64,000 nucleotides of DNA, from the NCBI GenBank assembly GCA_001662655.1, contig KV460235.1; one strand, given 5' to 3'. Source of the DNA: Pseudogymnoascus verrucosus. Lineage: Eukaryota. Position numbers and translations under genes: made by a program. Positions 24,310-35,670 of the stretch are shown in pieces; the stretch's first letter is position 1; each line of letters begins with the position of its first letter. Under the pieces are notes generated by a model, which did not search any database, was not told the origin of the DNA, and saw only the letters and a list, made by a program, of their open reading frames with translations.

Positions 24310-27300
24310 CTTTGTCTGCGTTTATCTCTTGATCTCTTGATGTCTTCTTTGCCCCCTTCTCTCTATATCTCTTTCTCTCTTCAGTTCGTTTCCGTACTTG
24401 TAAGACCGGTAGGTGGCGTGTGGTTCTTGTCGTATAATCTCGGTATAAGGAAACAGTTCTACCAGAGAAAGACGAGTGATGATGCGATGAGGCTGAACTG
24501 AATCAAACGTCGAGGTTGGCACCTAGCACTGCGTATCAAGGTTTCGTGGTTGGTTGGTGGTGGCTGATACGCGTGATGACGCAGCGGGGTAATTCGGTGG
24601 GGGAGTTTTGGGTGGTGTCACGTGCATTGTCATTCATATTATCACGTGATATATCGTTATCTAGGGGTGGATTTTAAGGGGCGGCAGCTTGAGGATTCAG
24701 GTCCTTGGGGATGGAAGGGGTGGAAAGGAATTGAAGGGAATAGAAATGAATTGAAAGGAACGTGTGTATACTGGATGCGTCATTCATTGCTTCATGCCCT
24801 ACCCTATCGTAATCCCCTTTTGGGGCCAGACGAAGGCAGGTGTTGGTACAGTAGTAGACACACCAGCCCTAGAAATGATACCTTGATGACGAGGATGAGG
24901 ACTGGAAAGCAAGGACGGGGAGTTGAGGGATCAATAGGGTTTTGAACATACAACTACCGCGCCGCCGTAACAGACTCACTCTAATATAATATTCATCAAC
25001 ACAGAAAGCATCACGCACCCACGCACCCACGCTCCCTCCGCCGCTGCACCAGCGCGCCCACCGTAGAACAAGGCATGCAAGGTACACCTCCCACGTGCAG
25101 CGCCATAGACGGACGGTTAAGATAGAAGAGCCATATTAACCCTCCCTCTCTCTGCCAACGTGACGGCGGGTAAATTCCCCGTCCCCCAGGTTTTACGGGA
25201 CGGTTAATATACCGCAGAAGCCTCATTTTCCTTCTAGCCTCCGCAGTTAATATATACAGTCTTCTTTTCTCCTTCTACGCTCCGCATAGTTAATGTATTA
25301 AGATGGAAGGTTGTTTTTCGGGGTATTTATCCTATTTGCCTCACGCGGGAGTTGGTTGAGGTTCGGAGGGGGCAGGTATGCAGGAGTGGTGCGTCGTAGT
25401 GGGGTTTATTGGCAATACGTCTAATATCCTGAGCGGAGAAAGGGGCGGCATTTCCATACTAGATACACTACTCTAACAATCCCAATTCCAATCCCTCTCA
25501 CACGCATGCACTAAATCTCTACCAAGGACGACACAACTCAAGTCAACTCAAGCCACCGCAAAAGAAACCCTAAACCCTAACCTCCCCCCTCTCTTGCCAC
25601 CCATCCCCTTCCCCTGCATCCATCCGCGCTACGCCATGCAAGCCCCCTATAATTCCTCCGTCCGCCGGATAAACGCCCGAGGCGGCTCATCCACCGCACG
25701 TGGCCCGGGGATGCGATCCGGGAGATTAGGGGGGATCATCCCGCCCCCGCTGTTTTGGTGATGTTAGTTAGAGTGTGTGCTGTAGAGTACTGCAGATTGC
25801 TGTAGAGTAGTGTAGTGTGGTGTAGTGTAGTGTGAGCTAGAGTTGAGGGTTTATTGTATATTGCTGGTTGAGGGGATGGAAGGGGAGGGGCTTCGAGAAG
25901 CTTCGTAATGGGACATGGGTGTTTATTTTACTTTTGAGTGGTGTAGTAGTGGTGGTGGTGGTTGGGCTGGGAATCTGGGGAAGGGAAGAGGAGTGTGGTA
26001 TGCGGAGTGTCTGTCTGTACGCACTGGCGGAATAGAGATAGATGGAGGGTGTAGATAGGATCTCCTTACGGAAGCGGAATGGCGATGTGATATGAGATAT
26101 ACGATGGTAACAACTCCTCAGACACGGTGATATGATATGAGCTATACGATGATACCAACTCCCCATCACATACCACATACCACAAACACAAACCAACCCC
26201 TTCAGCCCCGACCGACGGCACCACCTCCCCCTCCCCGCGCCACAACACACGCATCTGCATCGCCATCCGCACTACCGCGAGTCCTCTAGTTGCGTGCGGG
26301 CTTCTTGTCATATCAGGGGGAGTTAATCTATTCGAATTGGCTTTGTGCGGGGAAGCAAGGGGTTGGGGTTGTACTCTGCAGCGTGCGAGCGAGTGCTGGT
26401 CGGTCGGAGAGTTACTGTCATATACCGCATACCGCATACTACTGTTACATACCGCATACTACTACTACTACTACTATACAGCGCATTCTCGAGTACAGTA
26501 TGTAATGTATGTGTGCTCCACACTCGCTCGTCCGGCAACTTGAGGAATGCGGGGAGACAGAGTTAGGGAGGGTTAATCTATATGTTGGCCAAGTTAATCA
26601 ACATCCATCGCGCCGCCATCCCTTCATTCCCGCACCACCACCAGGGAAAAGATAGCGAGCGAGCGACTAAGTGAGTGCATTACCCCGGACTCTTCCCTCT
26701 TATTTCCTTGCTTGCTTCCTGTACGCATGCGAGAAGAGGGAGGTGGTGCGGGATATAGATTGCCCAGCCACCCCGCATTCTGTGAGAGAGTGGAGAATGC
26801 GCTACCTACCAGACTCGACTAGGAGCTGTACGTCGGGCGTACTTCCATACAAGCCTCCGTACAAGCACCGACCCTCCCCTTGCCTCCCCCCTTGAACTTG
26901 AATTGAGGCCCGTAGAGCCGCCGAGTTGAGTTGTCAATTTAGTGCAATTGAGGGTGGTAGGGCCGGGACGGAGGAATGGATGGCGGGTGCGAGGATGTGT
27001 GTCTGACCCCGTGCTTCCGCGGTGGGAGGTTGAGTGAGGGATGAGTTGCTTATTGATTGTGCATGTAGAGTACAGTATGTGGAGTCAGGGAATAGAGTGC
27101 AATACTCCGTAGAGTGTAGTAGAGTGTTAGTGTACCAAGAACAGCACAGAACAGCACTCCTGTGTAAGCTGTGCTGTATGTGTACAGTAAGAAACGGATC
27201 AATCAGTTCCAGCGCCAACGCACTCTACTGGGCAAGATGGAAGCTGAAGCCGATCGTGTGTCTGAGCAAGGCGGAGTTGGTGTTAACTGGAGTTAACCCT

Positions 27301-28366
27301 AGACCAGTGTATGGTCGTAATCCATGGTAACAGTTATTTACAGACTCCAGCTCGTGTGAGGCGTGTGAGGATCGAGGGGCTGAGAGCGAGAGTAGGAAGG
27401 ACGCTATTCTATTCGCAACGCTATTCGCACCTTCTATTCATAGCATGGCAGTGTTACGATGATCTCCCCCACCACCGTCGCTCGCCATCGCCCACTAATC
27501 GACCGCCATCGCCCAACTACGGTCACTAATCGAGTATATGGCCCCTCTAGACCTTCCTGCCTTGGTGTGTGGGTGTGTTGTAGTGGTGGGTCGGGTCAGA
27601 TAAGGGGGAGGTGGGGGAGGTGGGTGAGGTGTACTGCAATATACGCTGTTGTTGTGCTGGCTGTGCTGAGATGTGCTGGGACATACTAGGATATACAGTG
27701 GTCTCGTATACTGACGAATTAGCGGGGAATGCACTGAAACTGCACCGGTAAGCAAGCTGAGACGGGGTTCACTCGGAATGGTGTAGATGCTGGTAGATGC
27801 TAGTAGACGTTGCAGATGGTGCGTACCACGACAATCTATTCTATCCCCTCATTGGCCCATCATGTCTCGCTTAGGTTCCACCCAGTCCACGGCCCCCTTG
27901 TCGCCCCCCGTACACCCATACTCCCCCCCCTGGCCTTTGCTTCTTACACAGTGGTACGTACTCTTACCTAGACATCTGTCCTCAAGTCCATAAAGGACAC
28001 CGTTTCCCCTCCAAAAGCGTCGTCCTCTCTTGCCTCAATTCATCTCGATTCACTACACACAACCCCCAAACCCCCCTCTTCTTGTCCTCTCACCCTATCA
28101 TTCATCTCGTTGCCTCTGGGGGATCCACTACTAACTCGAGCTGACTCACGAACTTGATTATTACACTGTTGGGAGCCTGGCAGGCAGTATGTTAATGCTC
28201 GCTTACTTCTATTGAACCATATTCCTACATCATCATCAAATCATCACCACCATCGACAATTGATCGACATCTCAATAGAAGATATCGACAGTACCAAACA
28301 TTACGCGCTTTCATATCAGAGACAGCAGCAATAACATACTGCCGGGCCTACATCCAAAGTCCCACC

Positions 28367-29588
28367 ATGTCTCCCAGCATCAAGTTCGAGCTCTCCCCCG
28401 CGGAGTCGCTGATCGAGCAGTTCGAGGGCTCCTCCCCGAATGAATCCTACCCCTCCCTCTTCGATGGCATGAACCCATCCGAGATCGACGGCTCAGAGTA
28501 CGACTACGCCGACTACGAGCGCTTCGAGACCCAGACAGACAATGACAGCGTCACAGCTGCCGCCAACGGGGGCGACCAGACACAACCAGAGAAGAAGGTC
28601 GTCAAGAAGCGCAAGTCGTGGGGCCAACAACTCCCAGAGCCAAAGACCAACCTCCCTCCAAGGTAAATTCCCATCACCACCACCGCCCCAACTACCCATC
28701 TAACAACAGCAGGAAACGTGCCAAGACAGAAGACGAAAAGGAGCAACGCCGCGTCGAGCGCGTCCTCCGTAACCGCCGCGCCGCACAATCATCACGCGAG
28801 CGCAAGCGTCAAGAAGTCGAGGCTCTCGAGTCGGAGAAGGTAGCCATCGAGCGCCGAAACCGCGACCTCGAGCTCCGCCTAGCGGAAGCCGAGGCGCGGA
28901 ACCTGGCGCTTGAGCAGCAACTCCTCCGCCTCTCCTCGACATCACCATACCTCTCTTCTCCCTCCCAAAAGGCCGTGGATGCGTCATCATCACCCCAGGT
29001 CACATTCTCGCAGCCACTCTTCCCCTCTGGCGACTCGGCGCCATTCACCAACCAACAACCCCAGACCGTCAACCCCGCCTCCCTCTCCCCTTCCATCCGC
29101 CCCGTCTCCTCCACAGGAGCCGAGTCGTCTAACGCCCGCGCCCCCGACGTGACACAACACTCTGCCGCGGTGTTGTGGGACCTGCAGTGTCCGTCGGCGG
29201 CGCATCGGCCCTGGACGCCCCTCGCGCTCTTACCAACCCTGATCTCTCTCACTACTACTCTTATGCTCCCTCCTCGCCCTCGCAGTCCTCGCTCTTCGAC
29301 GACATCCTCCCCGTCGCCGACAGCTTCGCTCTGGACCTCGCTCATCTCGACGCTTCTCAAGCCCACCCCTCGCTCGCCAACATCAACGTCAACAACAGCC
29401 ACGGCAACGCCGACATCTTCCCCGACTTCCACCTCGACGACTTCCTCGTCGCCCACCACGACGCCTTCGACAACTCGCCCTCGTTCTTCCCTGAGGAGTG
29501 CGCACCTGCGACGACTGCTGGCCTGCAGCCCCCATTTGGCGCGTCCACTGATGGATGCGACGATGGGCGCAATGCGGTCACTGTCTGA
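28367..29588 (+). CDS. hacA: UPR bZIP transcription factor HacA/Hac1 (induced form 383 aa; uninduced form 448 aa, ending at 29763)
   Basis: KKRKSWGQQLPEPKTNLPPRKRAKTEDEKEQRRVERVLRNRRAAQSSRERKR; conventional intron 28663-28712; 20-nt Ire1 intron 29165-29184. Confidence 0.95.
29143..29196 (+). promoter_or_regulatory. Ire1-cleaved bifurcated stem-loop with a 20-nt unconventional intron (29165-29184)
   Basis: Stem ACAACACT/GGTGTTGT with loop CTG^CCGC; stem GGAC/GTCC with loop CTG^CAGT; basal stem CCGACG/CGTCGG; removal shifts into the acidic frame ending at 29588. Confidence 0.92.
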
Positions 29589-31295
29589 GCGGCGTCTGGC
29601 TCCCCGGGTTAGTACTGACGGCGTAGTTGAAGAGGGCCCGTCGATGGAGGCGCTGGCGGGGTTGTTGTGGGCCACGCGCTGTTATGCGCGGGATGGCGGG
29701 AAGGTTAGGCGGAGATCGTCGGTTCAGTCGCGCGTAGGCGGGTCGAGTCGGGTTGCGTTATAGGTCTGCCTGTCTTTTTATCAAGCAAGGGAGTGGGAGT
29801 GTGAAATGAGAGAACGATTACGAGTTTCCTAAAGGGTTTATTTGGGTGGGATTGGGATGGGATGGGATTACGGTGCATCATGGAGCGATGGGGGTGGCTG
29901 GATAGGCCATCCTTCTTTGATTATTGGGATTTATTTTAACGGGGAGGTGGATGGATGGATGTACTCGTATCGATATGTGTACGTGTAGTAAGCACCATCA
30001 TTTTAAGAATGGATGGATGGGGATGGGGATGCAAAAGGAATAAAATGCGAGAGCAATTTCTACCTTATTTTACCTTACTTTGATCGTGTATCTGCTTTGT
30101 TATGATGTGATATGGTATGTTATGTGATTTGTGACAGTGATTCGATCCTTTGTTGTGATATGTATTCCACATGAAACCATCCACACACAACCTCCCCCCT
30201 CAGCCAGCCCGCTATCCGCGGATCCGGCATCTCCACATCCCATCCCATCCATATCCTCCTCAGCCGTGTCTCACTTACTCCAGCCCACACCCCCACTTAC
30301 CGCACCTCCGGTCTCCGATCTCAGATGTCCGATCTCAGATCTCGGGATCGTTGATCATAGGACGTGCTGGGTGGGAAGTGTCTGGGATCGAGGGGGCGGG
30401 TGGGCGAGGTCTTAGCTTTAGGCGTTTTGTAGTGCGGGGGCCGGAGGGGGGGAGCGGGGGGGGGAGGGGATTTGCTATGACAACGCTGTGATGGGGGGGG
30501 GCGGGGGGAGATTTGGAATGGAGATGATGGGTGGTGGGTGGTGAGTGATGGGGGTGATGTGATGTGAGTAGATGAATGAGTGGGTGGATGAGAGTGGATT
30601 GAGAGTCATTATGAGGAAGTTGGAGCGAGAAAGGCGGGGAAGTAAGGTATCTCACACCTCTCCTCTCACAAGAAGCAGCGGTTAATCCAGTAACCTGGCG
30701 TGATTGATCACCAATATCCATCTATCTATCTATCCGTTCTTGTCTTGTTGTGTGTGCCCTATTCCATCCCATCCATCCCATTCCAGCCCCATTCCCAGCC
30801 CAGAAAATACACCAGCAAAAACAAACCCAAGCCAAGGTATCCACAGAAAACAAACGCACGATTAACGCCTCCCTCCCTCCCTCCCTCCCTCCTATTCCTT
30901 GGGTGTAGGTAGATATCCCCCTGGGTGTGCGGTGCACCTGGGTGCGGTGCAGCGTATTGCTTCCCACCCATCCCAGCCCCATCCCATCGCATCTAGAAAA
31001 CGAACGAACGAAACAGCCTCCCCTCCTTCGCGAGGGTTGAGAAACGAGGGGCGATGCGATGGATCGTCACTGTAACGAAGGCATCGTCATCGGATATGCA
31101 CGATGATGGTGGTATGCGTCGTGCAATTCCGTGGAGCACGACTCAGCACCGCGTATCACCCGTTTCATCACCGCGTCTCACCGCGTCATAATCGCACCCA
31201 TCATCATGGGCACAACTTCGAGTCAGCCAAGCCAAGGCATCCATCTCTCAGTCTCAGTACTTCAAGGCCCAATCAACGCATTCTCACCCCCCGCC

Positions 31296-32738
31296 TCACG
31301 CCTCCCCCCTCTCCCCCCCCTCCTTCCCCGCCTCAGTAGCCGCCGCCGACCCCTTCCGTTCCAACCAACCCCCCCCACTCCCCTCCCCCTCCAACTCCCA
31401 CGGCGTAACCGGCCCCGGACTCCCCAACGGCCCCAGCCTCGGACTCGCCGGCGAGCGGGAAATACTCAACTGCGCCGCCCGCGCCGCCGCCTCCACCATG
31501 TCGCGCTGGTACTGGAGGAGGAGGCGGCGGGTATCTGGTGCCTGCTGTGCCGGGGGGGAGAGTGGGGATTGTGTTTGTGTTGTTGTCGGCGGGGATGCGG
31601 AAGGGGGAGAGGTGGTGATGAGGGGTGAGCTTGTGGTGGTGGATGAAAGGTGGGCGGAGGAAGAGGGCGGCGAGGGGTTGCGGTAGTTAGAAGGGTGGTA
31701 TTTCCCCTGCGCTACAGCCATTGTGAGCGGGAATGTTACTGTGGTGGGCGGTGGTGGTGGGCGGAGGTGCGGACGTGTCTGGTTGTGGGCGTGGGTATGT
31801 CGGTGTTGGAGGTGTATCTGCGGTACTGCTGATGATGCTGCTGTAGAGGCGGTTGATGCGGAAGTGGGAGAAGTATGTGTAAGTGTATGTGTAGTTCTGT
31901 GGGCGAAAAATCCGTCCTGCTCCCTCGTCTTAATAACCTCGCCGTCCGCTCCGCGCGAGCCGAGCGGCGGCGTGTGCGCGCACTCGGAGCTCCAAGGGGA
32001 GAAGTAGCTTCTGTAGTTCACCGACGTCAGTGGTTGTCTTGTGACTCAATCGGGTGCCCGGCAAGATAAATCTGGGAATGGGGAAAAGGCGGGGAGTGAC
32101 GCAGGTGGAGATTAACTAGGAGGGAAATATCAGACGAGAGACAAGCACGGTAGGCACGTACCCAATATCGGCGCCGCCGCGCGCAGACAGCGGCGTAGGC
32201 GTGCGGGTGTCGGTGACGGGGCGGTGGGATCGGTTGAGCGGGTCACTCTGTGTCTGCCCCTGTTGCTGTTGTGTGGACTTCTGCTGCTGCTGCTGTGGTG
32301 GTAACTGAGAAGTCGGTGTATACCCACTCCCGGGACCTGCGCAATCACGACGTCAGCCACCATGCACGCACACATGCCCAGGGAATCCAGGGTCCAACGC
32401 GCCAGCCGCGTGGCCCGTGCCAGCGCCGTAGAGCGCCACTGCTGTAGCGAGGCACCAACCACCGACACCAAGGCAGACACCGAAGGGGGGGTACGAAAGG
32501 GGAGGGACTCACCATTCATCCACGGGTTGCACGTACACCCGCCATAATGCGCCATCTCCGCGGACGGCGATGATGCGGACGCGGAGGTCATGAAATATGA
32601 AGACCACTCTATACCGCCGCCGGGAGAGGGGGAACCGGCCGGCGAGCGCGCGTGGAGCATGTTGTTGGAATGTGAGGAGGCGCGGGAGAGGAGACTGGGG
32701 CGTAGGGAGAGCGAGGACATGCGAGGGCGGGGTGTCAT
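31296..32738 (-). CDS. Conserved Ser/Pro-rich hypothetical fungal protein
   Basis: Exons 32738-32513, 32336-32162 and 32010-31296 join in frame via canonical introns (GTGAGT/GCTGAC..CAG; GTACGT/CTGAC..CAG); motifs SYFSPWS, KYHPSNY, LQYQRDM, SPRLGPLGSPGPVTPWELE. Confidence 0.65.
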
Positions 32739-34130
32739 GGTATGTATGCGTTTGATGCGAGGAGGGCGCTTGAGGTGGTTGGCGCCGTGGGAGAGTCGGA
32801 GGGGGTGGTATGGCTGGGTAATTTGCTGGGTAATTGCTGGTGGATGTTGGTTGGGTGGTGTGTGGTGCGAGCGAGGGTCTTTCTTTTTGAGAATCCTTTC
32901 TCCGCGCAGTTTTGATCTTTGTTGTGTTGTGAGGTGGAGATGGAGGTGAAGGATCGATATTCCCGGCGATACGAGGGCTTGGCCTACGTCGAGGTGTGCT
33001 ATTGTTATAGAGAGGTAGATAGATTGGTGGCCTTCTTTGTGTCGTGGGGTAGTAGGTAGTAAAGGTGGATTGTTGTAACTACTATATGGATGGATACGAA
33101 GCCGCCTCAGTAGCTTCCTTCCTTCTTCCTTCTCCCGTTTGTGCCGTCTTGCCGTTCACAGATCCAAGATTCAAGTGCCAAGCGCGCGCGCGTCGAAGCT
33201 TCAATATCGAATCCAAGCCAGTACAGGTCAAAGCTCCAATATCGAATCCAAGCCAGTGCGCGTAGAAGCCTAATATATTGACCGAAGAAGTCAAAACATA
33301 TACCCTTCAACAACGAAACAGCAACCACCTCCCCCTTATACCCCCTCATCAACCCAAATCTCCTCCCTCCCCTCCCCTCTCCCCCTTTTACCGAACCCTA
33401 CCCTCCACCACCACCACCGCCGATCCCCAGCGCAAACATAGCCAAGCCCACCGTCTTCCCCCTTCGAGCCCGCGGCGCGGTGATCGACCAGCCATCACAG
33501 TACGCGATCCCCCATCTATCAACGACGTCGTGTGTCTGGCACCACACGACGTATCGTCACATCGATCCCAGTGCCCAGTATCCAGCGCTGGATCAAGGTC
33601 TCGAGAGCTTCATCTGTGGACACACGTACGGCATCGATGCGCGGTCGGCAAGCGCACCTCCCCGATCCATTTCACATCCACTCACTCGTCCAGCACCATT
33701 TGCTTTGTTGCTCCCACCAATCTGTATCTTCCCCACTATCCCTGGAAAACCCATCACAAACGCCACTCCTGCACGCTGATGTCATGTCGCCGCACTCTCC
33801 ACCCATTATAGCGGGGCAGCTAGGGGCGGGGCGGGGACCCTTTCGCGGGAGTTTGGGAGAGTGGAAGGGGTGAGATGAGAGAGGGTTTTGATGGCAGCGA
33901 CAGGAGGGATAACAGTATTGATCGTTTGTGATTGTAGTTGCGATGTTGTTCTGGTGGATGGAAAGAAAAAAGAGGCATAAAAAACTTATGGTTGTGAGTG
34001 TTGGAAAGGGGAAGGGGATGCGAATGGGAGACCAATCCTGCCTCGTCTATCATGCACCGCCAATTCCAACGTCCCCCCTGGATGTTTATGCTCTCAACAA
34101 CATATTCTAGGTTTCAAAGGGTGCAACAAA

Positions 34131-35405
34131 ATGCCCAACACATTCTCCAAATGGATTGACAAGAAGCTTTCCCTTCCTCTTCCAAAATGGGACCAAGAAC
34201 CGCCTCTTCCAACCCTTCCCCCAACCCGACCCCGCGTCCTCACTCCCTCCCCCTCCCGCGAGACTCTCACCTCGTCCGCCGCATCCGCCACATCCACCAG
34301 CGCCTTCTTCCAAACCCTCCCCTTCGAAATCCGGCACAAGATTCTCAAAGAAGCTTTTGGTAACTACACCATGCACATGCATCTCAGCTACGACCTCCCC
34401 AAACCCCCCCTCTCCATCCGACAACAGGACCCCAAACACCGGCACGCCAACGTCAGAAAAGTGCCACCGCTCTCACCGCCGCAATCAAAGTTCAGCATCC
34501 CGAAAAGGAAGACCTGGCAGTGGTGGAGCTGCATATGTCATCGCGCCTCGCCGTGGACGCTGTCGCAATCGCGGCCGCCTACTACGCAGCTGGATAAACC
34601 TTGCTATGATGGGTGCTACACTACCATTGGTTCATCCTGGTGCGAGTTCTGGCCTGGGGAGGCGCCGGGGAAGTGCTTTATTGGCGTGATGGGGTGGTTG
34701 CTGTCTTGTCGCCAAGCGTCAGTGCCTCTATTTCAGAGCTTCGAGTTGACAACTAGCTATGCTGGTTGGAGCCTCTCCTTTTCTGCAAATGCCACTACGT
34801 ATTAACACTCCAATTTTTCTAGCTACGCAGAGTGCATAACAATCCTCTACTCCACCAACACAATCCACATGGCCAGCTCCATCATGATCCGCCACCTCCC
34901 CCAGCTGCTCCTCCCCCAGCGACTCAGCACCATCACCTCCATCGAAATGATCTGGACCACGCACCCAACCCGCTACGGCACCGACCAGCCCAACTCCCTA
35001 GACTCCTTCGGCCTGCCAGCCACCCACAGCCTCATGGAAGTTCTCGAAACATCCCTCCCAAACCTAAAGCGCCTTTCCCTCACCCTATCTTCCGATCTAA
35101 CTCTCGGCCATAAAGACGACAACCCTACAGCCTCAACTCCCATCGACGACATGGTGCGCAGGATGCGTCCGCGTCTGGAGGAGTGCTATGTCTACATCCC
35201 TTGGCATATCTACGAGGAGCGAAGGGAAAGGGGGGAAGCGACGGGCGAGGGGTCAGATGATGGGGGGTTGGGCGATGAGCGGTTTTGGCGGCAGCTTCCT
35301 GGTGCTGACGGGGGAGATGAAGCGATACCCGTGGACTTGAGAGGTTATTGGGTTTGTTGTGGTGAACGGAATTATAGGGCGTTTCCGTTGCCTTGCTGGA
35401 TATGA
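34131..35405 (+). CDS. Hypothetical fungal protein (DUF7730-like)
   Basis: FFQTLPFEIRHKILKEAFG, WQWWSCICHR and GWLLSCRQ|AYAECITILYSTNT joined across intron 34718-34822; family name is tentative. Confidence 0.6.
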
Positions 35406-35670
35406 CTAGATATATATAATAAGGGGTTGATGCTATTATCAATAAGCTTCACACTTCACAATGCATCAGTTCGTTGGTACTCATAGCATAAGTCTCATCT
35501 ATAGCGAATATCGATCTTCACAAAAGCCACGGCGTAAAAACCTTAACGTGCTCACGGCTGTCTCATTATCATCTACGAGTAAAAGTATCTACAGTCCACC
35601 GCGGCACAGCGCACACTACCATCCCATCATCTCCGACAGAACAGCCCTAACTAAATTCCCACTATACTAC

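Noticed and set aside
25566..25583. AAACCCTAAACCCTAACC as a telomerase RNA template or interstitial telomere
   Set aside because: It is short and imperfect in C-rich low-complexity DNA, and I could not recognise a pseudoknot or other TER elements.
24310..28140. Short ORFs in the 4-kb spacer upstream of hacA
   Set aside because: No coding bias or motifs; consistent with an extended promoter.
32040..32072. Apparent in-frame TGA (DLSCRAPD*VTRQ) suggesting readthrough or A-to-I stop correction
   Set aside because: A three-exon model with the acceptor at 32011 gives an uninterrupted frame and places the TGA inside the intron.
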